Shown piece after piece: positions 1-8,303 of a DNA stretch of 64,000 bases. Below the pieces are notes generated by a model. It did no database searches. It worked only from the letters and a program-made list of their open reading frames with translations, and had not been told where the DNA came from. This DNA comes from Bacillota bacterium (GTDB taxonomy: Bacteria; Bacillota; Sulfobacillia; JAJZYS01; JAJZLH01): assembly GCA_021803575.1 (NCBI GenBank), contig JAJZLH010000065.1:2571-66570 (forward strand), given 5' to 3'. A program made the translations under genes and the position numbers. The first letter of the stretch is position 1. Every line of letters begins with the position of its first letter.

Positions 1-67
1 GCGGGCGGATCGAGGGCCAGCCCGGCCTGTCCAGAAGCGGTGAGGGGCGGTAGGCGCACCAGAGTTA

Positions 68-316
68 TTGGCCTTCTTCGACCGGTACGAGCGCTACCAG
101 GTCTCGGAGCCTGGCATGCCCCGTGAGACAGGTCAGGGAGTGGTGCGCCTGGTGGACTCAATCGGCACGGACAGCATGATCGTCCACACTCGGCTCGGTG
201 CCGCCGACGCCAAGCGGCGGATCCTGAGCGAAATGGGCCGCTTCAGCTGGCTGGGTCCAGAGACCGCCTCTGAGATTCCGCCATCGGCCGGGGCTGGCGA
301 GAGCCGGACTCGCTAG
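68..316 (+). CDS. hypothetical small protein (82 aa), no recognisable motif
   Basis: Open frame convergent with the lipoprotein gene; no family signature recognised. Could be spurious in high-GC DNA. Confidence 0.2.
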   Translation: MAFFDRYERYQVSEPGMPRETGQGVVRLVDSIGTDSMIVHTRLGAADAKRRILSEMGRFSWLGPETASEIPPSAGAGESRTR

Positions 317-981
317 TACCCGGGCGGGAACGGCAGGGCGTTCGAGTAGCTGCCGATCGGCATACCGGTGGTGGGTGCCAGCACCACGTGCACGGCGAAC
401 AGGTGGCGGAAGTTGACCGCGCCCTGGGTGGTGGAGGGGATGACCAGGAAGGACACCACCCATACGTCAGTGACACCGTGCAGATCGGACTGGAGGGTCT
501 TGGGCAGCTGAGAGACCGAAACCAGCCCGGCGCTGAAGCCGCAGACGGACTGGACCAGCGACAGGTAGCCCTGGTCCGAGAAGAGCGCTGCCACGGCCCT
601 GCGGGCGGCTGGTGTGGGGATGTAGACGTCGATGGCGGTGGCTGAGATGGCGGCCGCCGTCTGGTAGAAGGGCAGCCGGCTGATGATCTTGGCCCCGGCC
701 GTCTCCAGGAACAGGTAGTCGAAGGCTGGCAGGTTGGCCAGGGTGACCGGCTCGATGAAGGTGGCGCCGGCGCCGACCAGGAGGGCAGCGCTCTTCGGCA
801 GATACGGCCTCAGTGCGGTGCCGGTGGCGAGGTAGGGCTGGTGCGGGACGGCGTTGCCAGGCACCCGGGCCGTGGCGACGTTCTCCAGGTTGGAGATGTT
901 GACCCCCGATGCCCCGCCGCCGCAGCCGGCGAGGACAAGGGTGAGGATGAGCGCGGCGCACCAGGGTACCAGACGTCGCAC
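313..981 (-). CDS. putative lipoprotein
   Basis: N-terminus MRRLVPWCAALILTLVLAGCGGG is a signal peptide with a lipobox (LAGC); the rest is non-repetitive mature sequence. Confidence 0.45.
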   Translation of the reverse strand: MRRLVPWCAALILTLVLAGCGGGASGVNISNLENVATARVPGNAVPHQPYLATGTALRPYLPKSAALLVGAGATFIEPVTLANLPAFDYLFLETAGAKIISRLPFYQTAAAISATAIDVYIPTPAARRAVAALFSDQGYLSLVQSVCGFSAGLVSVSQLPKTLQSDLHGVTDVWVVSFLVIPSTTQGAVNFRHLFAVHVVLAPTTGMPIGSYSNALPFPPGY

Positions 982-1088
982 GGGCGAGCCTCCTTCAGTA
1001 AAACGGGCGAGGGCCCCGATTGCTCTCCAGTTGCTTATTGTACCGTTTTTGCCGCCTCTGCTAGACTGAGCAGCACGGAAGGGACGGG

Positions 1089-2549
1089 ATGGCGATGGTG
1101 CGGGTGCGGTTTGCTCCCAGTCCGACGGGACAGCCGCACATCGGCTGGGCCAGGACCGCCCTCTTCAACTGGCTGTTTGCCCGCCGTCATGGCGGCACCT
1201 TTGTGCTGCGCATCGAGGACACCGACCAGAAGCGGGCGGTGGCCGGCGCCCGGGAAGTCTTTGACGCCGCCTTCCAGTGGCTGGGCTTCACCTACGACGA
1301 GGGCCCTGGCAGGGACGGCGGCTATGGCCCCTACCTGCAGAGCCAGCGCATCGAGAGCCACCGGCGGGTGGCCGGGGAGCTCCTGGACCAGGGGCGGGCC
1401 TACCCCTGCTTCTGCACGCCTGAGGAGATCGAGGCCAGGCGGGCCGAGGACCGCAGGCTGGGCCGCCCGCCCCGATACCCCGGAACCTGCCGCCAGCTCA
1501 GCCAGGAGGAGAGGCGGCGACGCATGGCTGGGGGCGAGCCATACGTCATCCGGCTGCTGGCGCCGGAGGAGGGATCGATCGTCGTGCACGACCTGGTGCG
1601 CGGCGACGTCAGCTTCGATCTCGCGCTGCTCGACGACTTCGTCCTCATGAAGGCGGATGGCACGCCTACCTACAACTTCGCCTCGGTGGTGGACGACGCC
1701 GAGATGGCCATCACGCACGTGCTGAGGGCCGACGAGCACCTGGCCAACACCCCCAAGCAGCTGATCCTCTACCAGGCGATGGGACGCACCGCACCGGCCT
1801 TCGCCCATGTGCCGATGATCCTGGCCCCGGACCGGGCCAAGCTCTCCAAGCGCCACGGTGCCACCCCGCTGGCCGAGTTCATGGCCCAGGGCTACCTGCC
1901 GGAGGCGGTGGTCAACTACCTGATGCTCCTGGGCTGGAATCCGGGCGGCGACCGCGAGTTCCTGACCCTCACCGAGGGTGCCCAGCTATTCAGCCTAGAC
2001 CGCGTGCAGAAGAACCCCGCCGTCTACGACACCCAGAAGATGACCTGGATCAACGCCCACTATCTGCGCCAGCTGGGAGAAGAGGAACTGTGGCAGCGCG
2101 CCCAGCCCTTTCTCACGGCGCGGGACCTCGTCCCGGATCAGCCCAGCGCCGACCAGGCCGCCTACGCCAAAGCGGTGCTCAGCCTGATGCAAAGCCGGGC
2201 CTCGACCCTGGTCGAGCTGGCCGAGGCGGCGGCGGTGCTCCTGACCGAGCCCGAGGAGTTCGATGCCCAGGGCGTCCACCGCCACTTTGAGAGCCCCGGT
2301 GCGGCCGGGCGGCTCACCGCCCTGGCCGATCGGCTGCAGGGCGCCACCTTCGACGCCGCCGGTCTGGAGGCAGCCATCACCGAGCTGGCCGGCGAGATGG
2401 GGGTGGCCCGGGCCGAGCTGATTCACCCGGCGCGGCTGGCGGTGAGCGGGCGCACCGTCGGCCCCGGCCTGTTCGAGATGCTCTCGGTGCTGGGCCGGGA
2501 GCGCACGGTGGCCAGGCTCAGGCAGGCGGCCGCCCGGGCGTCGTCGTAG
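1089..2549 (+). CDS. gltX: glutamyl-tRNA synthetase (GluRS)
   Basis: N-terminus VRFAPSPTGQPHIGWARTALFNWLFARRHGG..LRIEDTDQKR carries the class I HIGH-region signature of GluRS; KLSKRHG (KMSKS-like motif) is present; 486 aa. Confidence 0.95.
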   Translation: MAMVRVRFAPSPTGQPHIGWARTALFNWLFARRHGGTFVLRIEDTDQKRAVAGAREVFDAAFQWLGFTYDEGPGRDGGYGPYLQSQRIESHRRVAGELLDQGRAYPCFCTPEEIEARRAEDRRLGRPPRYPGTCRQLSQEERRRRMAGGEPYVIRLLAPEEGSIVVHDLVRGDVSFDLALLDDFVLMKADGTPTYNFASVVDDAEMAITHVLRADEHLANTPKQLILYQAMGRTAPAFAHVPMILAPDRAKLSKRHGATPLAEFMAQGYLPEAVVNYLMLLGWNPGGDREFLTLTEGAQLFSLDRVQKNPAVYDTQKMTWINAHYLRQLGEEELWQRAQPFLTARDLVPDQPSADQAAYAKAVLSLMQSRASTLVELAEAAAVLLTEPEEFDAQGVHRHFESPGAAGRLTALADRLQGATFDAAGLEAAITELAGEMGVARAELIHPARLAVSGRTVGPGLFEMLSVLGRERTVARLRQAAARASS

Positions 2550-2602
2550 TCCTTACCGCGGTTTTGGCGGGAGGTGAAGGCTGTGCTACAATACGCGGGC
2601 TC

Positions 2603-2676
2603 TGGGGAGTGGTGTAACGGTAGCACAACAGGCTCTGGACCTGCGAGTGAGGGTTCGAATCCTTCCTCCCCAACCA
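2603..2676 (+). tRNA. tRNA-Gln (anticodon CTG)
   Basis: TGGGGAG acceptor stem pairs with CTCCCCA followed by A-CCA; T-loop TTCGAAT; anticodon loop ctCTGga; 74 nt with encoded CCA. Confidence 0.8.
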
Positions 2677-2678
2677 GC

Positions 2679-2754
2679 GGCCCAATCGTCTAGAGGCCTA
2701 GGACGCCGCGCTCTCAATGCGGTAACACGGGTTCGAATCCCGTTTGGGCTACCA
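2679..2754 (+). tRNA. tRNA-Glu (anticodon CTC)
   Basis: GTCTAGAGGCCTAGGAC D-arm typical of tRNA-Glu; anticodon stem ccgcg/tgcgg with loop ctCTCaa; GGTTCGAATCC T-arm; CCA encoded; 2 nt after tRNA-Gln. Confidence 0.85.
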
Positions 2755-2765
2755 ACCGACTTCCA

Positions 2766-2793
2766 GGAGCCGCCTCGCTGCGGCTCCTTTTTT
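2766..2793 (+). terminator. rho-independent terminator after the gltX-tRNA cluster
   Basis: ggagccgc-ctcgct-gcggctcc is an 8-bp GC-rich stem followed by TTTTTT. Confidence 0.7.
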
Positions 2794-2944
2794 GCTGGGA
2801 TAGAGCCAGGATGGAGGGTCGGAGGGGGGAACTCGGGCAGATACGGGAGGTGAGGACACGGCAGGTGACGAGGATCTCCTCTCGGCGCTGAGGAAGAGGG
2901 CCCGCCAGAGCAGCGGCTGGCTGCACGTCCCCTTCCATGGCGGG

Positions 2945-4225
2945 GTGAGCGAGGAGCCGGAACTGGCGCCCTGGTTCGCCCTCGACCAGACCGAGCTGGA
3001 CGGCCTGGACGACTGGGCCAGTCCCCAGGGGCTGATCCGCCAGGCCGAGGCCCGCCTCGCCCGGCACTACGGGCTGGATGAGGCCGCCCTCCTGATCGGC
3101 GGCTCCAGCCAGGGGCTGACCACCGCCCTCCTGGCGGCACTTGATCCGGGGGACGTCCTGATCAGCCACCGCGGCGCGCACCGCGCCCTGCTCCACGGAG
3201 TGCTCCTGACCGGCGCCCGGCTCCGCCTGGTCGAGGACCGCTCCGATACCGCCTGGGGCGTGAGCTGGCCGGACGTCGATGCCCTGGCCGCCGCCGTGCG
3301 CCGGCGGAGGCCAAGGGCCGTGCTGGTGACCTCTCCGACCTATAACGGTCTGGCGCCCGATCTCGGTGCGCTTCGCCGTGCCTGCGACCAGGCGGGGAGC
3401 CTCCTTCTGGTCGACGCCGCGCATGGCGCCCACTTCGGGCTCGGCCCGCTGCCGCCTTTGGCCAGCGCCGTGCGGCCCGACTTCATCGTGTTCGGCCTCC
3501 ATAAGTCCGGCGGTGCACCCACCGCCGGTGCGGTGCTGGGCCGGGTGGGACACGGTGTGAGCGACCAGCGCTGGCTGGGCGCCAGGCGCGCCGTCGGGAC
3601 ATCCTCGCCGAGCTACCCGCTGATGGCAGCCATCGAGCGGGCGGTGATGCGGCTGGAAGAGGACGGGGCCGAGGCGATGACCCGCCTGGCCGCCCTGATG
3701 GCGACGGTGGAAGGGCCGTCTGTGTTCAGACCGCCGGCTGGCCTCAAGGCCGATCCCACCCGGGTGACGGTTTCGGCCAGTGGCGCCCGCTCCCGCCAGG
3801 AGCTCAGGGAGCTCGGGGTGGACGCCGAGTACGTGGCGAGCCGACACCTCCTGCTTTTGGGCACGCTGGCCACCCACAGCCTGCCCAGCGGACTTGGCGA
3901 GTGGGTGGCTGGCCGGGCCGCCCCGGGGCCAGGGCCGGTGCCGCCGCCGCCGCCCGTCCGCCGCATGGAGGTGCGCGCCGCCTTTTTCGCGAGGAGTGAG
4001 CTGGTGGCGCTCCGGCGCGCCCGGGGGCGGGTCCTGGCTGTACCGCTGGTGCCCTCGCCACCAGGGGTTCCCTCGCTCTGGCCGGGCGAGGTGCTGGACA
4101 GCGCCCGGCTGGCCGAGGTGCTGGCGGCGGCGGCGGCCGGCCAGACGGTGCTCGGCCTGGACGGGGGACAGATCCCGGTGGTGGTGGAGCGGGCGGGGGC
4201 AGGGAACGAGGGCCAGCGCGGCTAA
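2945..4225 (+). CDS. Orn/Lys/Arg decarboxylase family PLP enzyme (YaaO/SpeA-like); true start probably upstream of 2945
   Basis: LHKSGG PLP-lysine motif and overall fold-type III decarboxylase similarity. The conserved N-terminal H-x-P-G-H-K block (here LHVPFHGG) is encoded in-frame upstream of the first ATG/GTG/TTG. Confidence 0.7.
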   Translation: MSEEPELAPWFALDQTELDGLDDWASPQGLIRQAEARLARHYGLDEAALLIGGSSQGLTTALLAALDPGDVLISHRGAHRALLHGVLLTGARLRLVEDRSDTAWGVSWPDVDALAAAVRRRRPRAVLVTSPTYNGLAPDLGALRRACDQAGSLLLVDAAHGAHFGLGPLPPLASAVRPDFIVFGLHKSGGAPTAGAVLGRVGHGVSDQRWLGARRAVGTSSPSYPLMAAIERAVMRLEEDGAEAMTRLAALMATVEGPSVFRPPAGLKADPTRVTVSASGARSRQELRELGVDAEYVASRHLLLLGTLATHSLPSGLGEWVAGRAAPGPGPVPPPPPVRRMEVRAAFFARSELVALRRARGRVLAVPLVPSPPGVPSLWPGEVLDSARLAEVLAAAAAGQTVLGLDGGQIPVVVERAGAGNEGQRG

Positions 4226-4230
4226 CTCTC

Positions 4231-4599
4231 TTGGTCCACGAACACGACAGATGGAAGGAGGGGCAGACGGTGCGGCTCATCTTTGCGGTGGTCCAGGACA
4301 AGGACGCCACCCATATCCTCGACGAGCTGGTGCAGCAGGGCTTTCGTGCCACCAGGCTGGCCAGCACGGGCAGCTTTCTGAGGGAGGGGAACACCACGCT
4401 CTTCCTCGGTGTGGACGACGATCAGGTGGAGACGGTGGTCGGGCTGATCGGCCGGTTGGGCCGGAAGCGCGAGAAGGTGGTGACGCCGATGGCGACGGTC
4501 GGGGCGCCGATGGATTCGTACGTGCCCTTCCCGGTGGAGGTGCAGATCGGCGGCGCCACCATCTTCACCCTGCCCGTCGAGCGCTTTGAGCGATTCTGA
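4231..4599 (+). CDS. darA: DarA/YaaQ (DUF970) PII-like cyclic-di-AMP receptor
   Basis: RLIFAVVQDKDATHILDELVQQGF...TTLFLGVDDDQVETVV matches the YaaQ/DarA family; same position as yaaQ in Bacillus. Real start probably near VRLIF. Confidence 0.7.
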   Translation: MVHEHDRWKEGQTVRLIFAVVQDKDATHILDELVQQGFRATRLASTGSFLREGNTTLFLGVDDDQVETVVGLIGRLGRKREKVVTPMATVGAPMDSYVPFPVEVQIGGATIFTLPVERFERF

Positions 4600-5473
4600 C
4601 GGCCAGGTCTGGGATCAGCCGGCGCTGACCGGCCAGGAGCACCTGCGAGCGGTCCTGGACCGCTGTGCCGGACAGAGCTTTCTGGTCACGGCGGAGTACG
4701 CCCAGGACGCCGAGGCGGCGGCCTGGCTTTTGGCCTGCCACTGGTCCGGCCATGGCGGCGACCCCTTGCCGGCCGACGTGGTGCGCTACCGGCAGCCAAA
4801 GATGGAGACCCTGCGCGACGAGGTGATCGGGCTGGCCCACCTCTCGCCGCTGGCTGGGCGGCGAAAGGCGATCGTGCTGGAGCTGGTCGAGGAGCCCCGC
4901 CCGGAGCACTCCAACATCCTGCTCAAACTGACCGAGGAGCCGCCGCCCCACCTGGGGCTGTTTGTGGCGGTGGCGAGGCGGGCCCGCCTGCCCGGTACCC
5001 TGCGTTCCCGGCTCTTCCACCTGCCGCTGCGGCCGATGGCCCAGGACCGCCTGGCCGACTGGCTGGGGGCGCGCCACCAGGTGCCGGCCGAGGCTGCCCG
5101 GCGGGCGGCCCTGGCCTCGCAAGGCTGGCCGCTGCGTGCCCTGGCCCTGGCCGCGGCCGGCGATGCGCCGCGCTGGCCAGCGCTCAGAGAGTCGCTGCAA
5201 AAGGGCGGCCTGGCCGGACTGGCCTCTGCCGGGTCCCTGGTCGACGGCCTCGCTGAGCTCCTGGACGCCCTGGAGCGCGAGTTTGCCGCCGAGGAGGGCG
5301 GGGACCGCCCCTTCTACCGGCGTGCCCGGTGGCATCTGGCCCGGGCCCGCCGTCACCTGGCGAAAAACGCCAACCGGCGGCTGGTGGTGGACAACCTCTT
5401 GAGTCAGCTGGCAGCTGACCTGGCCGCCCAGAGGCAGGGAGAGGCCACTTCGGCCACCTGGCCGACATGGTGA
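4586..5473 (+). CDS. holB: DNA polymerase III delta-prime subunit (HolB-like)
   Basis: Position between yaaQ and rsmI as in Bacillus; weak AAA-lid/clamp-loader-like similarity (LSPLAGRRKAIVLE, NILLKLTEEPP). Sequence conservation is low. Confidence 0.5.
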   Translation: MSDSDGQVWDQPALTGQEHLRAVLDRCAGQSFLVTAEYAQDAEAAAWLLACHWSGHGGDPLPADVVRYRQPKMETLRDEVIGLAHLSPLAGRRKAIVLELVEEPRPEHSNILLKLTEEPPPHLGLFVAVARRARLPGTLRSRLFHLPLRPMAQDRLADWLGARHQVPAEAARRAALASQGWPLRALALAAAGDAPRWPALRESLQKGGLAGLASAGSLVDGLAELLDALEREFAAEEGGDRPFYRRARWHLARARRHLAKNANRRLVVDNLLSQLAADLAAQRQGEATSATWPTW

Positions 5474-6375
5474 GGGCCAGCGGCGCTCAGCGTGGGGCCG
5501 CCGGCCCCCAGACCAGCTGGAGCCTGCCCCGCCCAGAGCAGGTGGTGCCGGCCCTCTACCTCTGCCCGACACCGATCGGCAACCTCGGTGACGTCACGTT
5601 GCGCACGCTGTGGGTGCTGAGTCGGGTCCAGCTGGTGCTGGCCGAGGACACGCGCCGGGCTGGCATCCTCTGTAAGGCCTATGGGCTGGCCCCGCTGCGG
5701 CTGGTGTCCTACCACCGCTTCAACGAGGCGGAGCGGATCGCCATGGTGCTGGCCAGCCTTCGAGCCGGTGAGAGCGTGGCCCTCATCTCGGACGCCGGCA
5801 CGCCGCTTGTGGCAGATCCCGGAGAGCGATTGGTGCGGGCCGTGCTGGCGGAGGGCGAGCGCGTCATCCCGCTGCCGGGTGCGCAGGCGGTGTGGCCAGC
5901 CCTCACCGCCTCGGGCCTGCCCGTCCTGCCCGCCCATGTCGAGGGCTTCCTGCCCCGGACCAGGGCTGCCCGCCGCCGCCGGCTCCAGGCCCTGGCCGGG
6001 CAGGCGGAAACGCTGCTGTTTTACGAGTCCCCGCAGCGGGTCCTGGCCACGCTCCAGGACATGAGGGAGGTGTTCGGGGACCGCCCGGCCTGCCTCGCCC
6101 GCGAGCTCACCAAGCGCCACGAGACATTCTGGCGGGGATCGCTCTCTGAGCTGGAGAAGAGGCTGAAAGGAGAGGCGCCGCGGGGTGAGGTGGTGCTGGT
6201 GGTCGGTGGCGGCGGCGCCGGACGAGGGGCGGCCGAGAGCCTCTCGGCCTGGGTGGACGCCATGCTGGCCCAGGGCCTGAGCAGCCGGGACATCCGGAAG
6301 AAAGCCCGTAGCGCAGGGCATCCGGGCAATCAGGCCTACCTTTTGGCTGAAGCCGGGCGCGATCGGGAGGCCTAG
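5467..6375 (+). CDS. rsmI: 16S rRNA (cytidine1402-2'-O)-methyltransferase RsmI
   Basis: LYLCPTPIGNLGDVTLR...LAEDTR...LISDAGTPLVADPG are RsmI (tetrapyrrole-methylase-fold) signatures. The annotated start is probably too far upstream. Confidence 0.85.
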   Translation: MVRASGAQRGAAGPQTSWSLPRPEQVVPALYLCPTPIGNLGDVTLRTLWVLSRVQLVLAEDTRRAGILCKAYGLAPLRLVSYHRFNEAERIAMVLASLRAGESVALISDAGTPLVADPGERLVRAVLAEGERVIPLPGAQAVWPALTASGLPVLPAHVEGFLPRTRAARRRRLQALAGQAETLLFYESPQRVLATLQDMREVFGDRPACLARELTKRHETFWRGSLSELEKRLKGEAPRGEVVLVVGGGGAGRGAAESLSAWVDAMLAQGLSSRDIRKKARSAGHPGNQAYLLAEAGRDREA

Positions 6376-6506
6376 CTTGTAGGTGCGGCGAACCTGGGAG
6401 GTGCGATCTGGTAAAAGTGCCAACAGGCCGTTTGACAAGATAGTGTGCACTTGGTAAGTACTGTAGCGAGATGACAAAGTCTAGACGATTGGAGTTGGGT
6501 ATGCCC

Positions 6507-6764
6507 ATGAAGGCAACCGGAATCGTGCGTCGGGTGGACGAGCTGGGGCGCGTGGTCCTGCCCGTTGAGCTGCGCCGCACCCTGGACATCAGCGACCGTG
6601 ACGCCTTGGAGATCTTCGTCGACGACGAACGGATCGTGCTCAGGAAGTATCAGCCAGACTGCATCTTCTGTGGCAGCATGGAGGACATCCAGCAGTACAA
6701 GGGCAAACCAATCTGCGCCAGCTGCCTGGGCGAGATGGGTGCCAAGGTTTCCGCCGCCAGCTAA
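6507..6764 (+). CDS. abrB: AbrB-family transition-state regulator with a Cys4 C-terminus
   Basis: MKATGIVRRVDELGRVVLPVELRRTLDISDRDALEIFVDDERIVLRKY is a near-identical AbrB swapped-hairpin N-domain. The C-terminus CIFCGSMEDIQQYKGKPICASC has CxxC-13-CxxC. Start taken at the internal ATG preceded by GGAG. Confidence 0.85.
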   Translation: MKATGIVRRVDELGRVVLPVELRRTLDISDRDALEIFVDDERIVLRKYQPDCIFCGSMEDIQQYKGKPICASCLGEMGAKVSAAS

Positions 6765-6790
6765 GCCAGGAGCGTGCACCTTCGACCTGA

Positions 6791-6814
6791 GAACCCGCCC
6801 TTCGGGGTGGGTTC
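6791..6814. terminator. hairpin between convergent abrB and the minus-strand island operon
   Basis: gaacccgccc-ttcg-gggtgggttc is a 10-bp stem followed by ttcccttgcctt. Confidence 0.45.
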
Positions 6815-6831
6815 TTCCCTTGCCTTAACCG

Positions 6832-7446
6832 TCACGGCGCGGCGTCCACCTGGCGGAGGCTGGGCATCACCTGCAGTGTGCCCTGGACCACCAGCGTGAA
6901 GAACTGTTCGCGCTGCCCATCCGTGACGCCGATCTGCCAGTTGCCATCAGCCGGCTGGGAAGAGGTCCAGGGCACGTACAGGACCCCCAGCTGATCGGCC
7001 CCGGTCACGGCCCAGGGCCGGGCGTTTAGAGAGGCGTAGTCGAGCACCTGGCCCTCGGCCGGCACCGAGATGCGAAACGCCGGCGGCAGGATGAAGGAGA
7101 GCGGCAGGCGGGCGCCCTGGACCAGCACCGACACCGCCTGGCCGCGCATGGCCTGGTGAGAGCCGGGTGCGATCGTCCAGTCGTCCTGAGGGCGAGGTCT
7201 GGCCACCACCGCCACCGCACGGCTGGCAAAGCCCCACTCACCCCGGTCGTCCTCCACCCACAGCGTCACGATATAGACTCCGGGGGAACCGAAGCTGCCG
7301 GCACGACCGAACCAGAGCTGGCGAATCAGGGCGTGCCCGGGGGCGGGATCGTATGAGCGGTCGATGTAGACGACGGGGCCTCCAACCAGCACCGGCGACG
7401 ACACATAGAAAGAAGCGACCGGCGGCGGGTAGTTAACCGGGCCCAT
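6832..7446 (-). CDS. hypothetical protein (205 aa), last gene of the Tad/T4SS-like operon
   Basis: Non-repetitive sequence MGPVNYPPPVASFYVSSPVLVGG...; ATG at 7444-7446 overlaps the stop of the upstream tadE-like gene. The 294-aa ORF in the track is this gene plus an out-of-frame read-through. Confidence 0.45.
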   Translation of the reverse strand: MGPVNYPPPVASFYVSSPVLVGGPVVYIDRSYDPAPGHALIRQLWFGRAGSFGSPGVYIVTLWVEDDRGEWGFASRAVAVVARPRPQDDWTIAPGSHQAMRGQAVSVLVQGARLPLSFILPPAFRISVPAEGQVLDYASLNARPWAVTGADQLGVLYVPWTSSQPADGNWQIGVTDGQREQFFTLVVQGTLQVMPSLRQVDAAP

Positions 7447-7891
7447 ACGCCACCTCCACATCGGCGGAGACCGCCTGCTGGAGGCCCATGCCGAGAAAGG
7501 AACTGGAAAAGGCCAGCTGACCGCCCAGGCCAGGCAGGGCGAAGTGGTAGCCGGTGACGGGATCGGTGGTGCCGGCGGCGTAGAGGGTGAGCGCGGGCGC
7601 TGCCGACTCGGCCAGGGCCGAGGGCAGATCAGCGGCCAGCACGGCGCGAAAGGTCTGCTTGGCCAGGGCCGGGTCGATCTGGGGGCCGAGCGGCCCGACG
7701 GGCAGGACCACCTCACTGCCGGCAGCGCGCAGGGCTGCAGAGAGAGCGGTGTAGGCCTGGAAGCGCGCCCACAGCGCCCGCTCCAGGGTGAGACCTGCTC
7801 CCAGTGCGAACATCAGGAGCAGCTCGACGAAGACGGCCAGAATGTAGATGACATGACCCTCGTCACGGCGTACCAGGTGCCACTTCCTCAC
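7433..7891 (-). CDS. TadE/TadG-like pseudopilin
   Basis: N-terminus EGHVIYILAVFVELLLMFALGAG is a TadE-like hydrophobic segment, then a soluble domain; 152 aa. Confidence 0.5.
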   Translation of the reverse strand: MRKWHLVRRDEGHVIYILAVFVELLLMFALGAGLTLERALWARFQAYTALSAALRAAGSEVVLPVGPLGPQIDPALAKQTFRAVLAADLPSALAESAAPALTLYAAGTTDPVTGYHFALPGLGGQLAFSSSFLGMGLQQAVSADVEVAYGPG

Positions 7892-8303
7892 TGTCCACTA
7901 CCTCCTGTTGGCCAAGGTGCAGGACCGTTCCGGCCAGGCCGAGCAAGGTGAAGGGGAAGCCCTGGAGGGGGATGCCAATAGCCACCGACACGGTCACGGG
8001 CTGGCCCCAGGGCACGACCGGCAGTGAGCCGGAAACCAGCGGCCGAGCAGAAATCCCGGCGTCGGCGAGGGCGCTCACCACAGCCTCAGACACCGCCGGC
8101 GTCACGCCGCCGTCCAGTGCCGCCGTCTCGGCGCCGACCTGAGCGGCGAAGGAGAGGTCGGTGGACCACTCGGCGACGCGCCAGGCGGCGAGGCCGCCGA
8201 ACAGGGTGAGCACCAGCAGTGGCAGCACCAGCGCCGTGGCGATGTAGACGTCGAGACTGCCCTCTTGCCGGGTGTGCCTACTGGCCGGTCGTGATCGGCA
8301 CAT
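7863..8303 (-). CDS. tadE: TadE-like pseudopilin
   Basis: RQEGSLDVYIATALVLPLLVLTLFGGLAAW closely matches the TadE N-terminal motif (a-LVLP-llll-fG); 146 aa. Confidence 0.6.
   Translation of the reverse strand: MCRSRPASRHTRQEGSLDVYIATALVLPLLVLTLFGGLAAWRVAEWSTDLSFAAQVGAETAALDGGVTPAVSEAVVSALADAGISARPLVSGSLPVVPWGQPVTVSVAIGIPLQGFPFTLLGLAGTVLHLGQQEVVDSEEVAPGTP

Noticed and set aside
2714-3877. 387-aa antisense ORF opposite the decarboxylase gene
   Set aside because: Antisense high-GC artefact; low-complexity Gly/Arg/Pro composition, no RBS, fully overlapped by a well-supported gene.
6432-6460. TTGACA-17-TAAGTA upstream of abrB
   Set aside because: Good -35 and a TG at the extended position, but the -10 matches TATAAT at only 2 of 6 positions, too weak to call; AbrB promoters are also known to be autoregulated, so a promoter is expected somewhere here.
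6832-7716. 294-aa version of the last operon gene
   Set aside because: The first ~90 residues (RWSCPSGRSAPRSTRPWPSRP...) are an out-of-frame read-through of the overlapping tadE-like gene; the real start is the ATG at 7444-7446.
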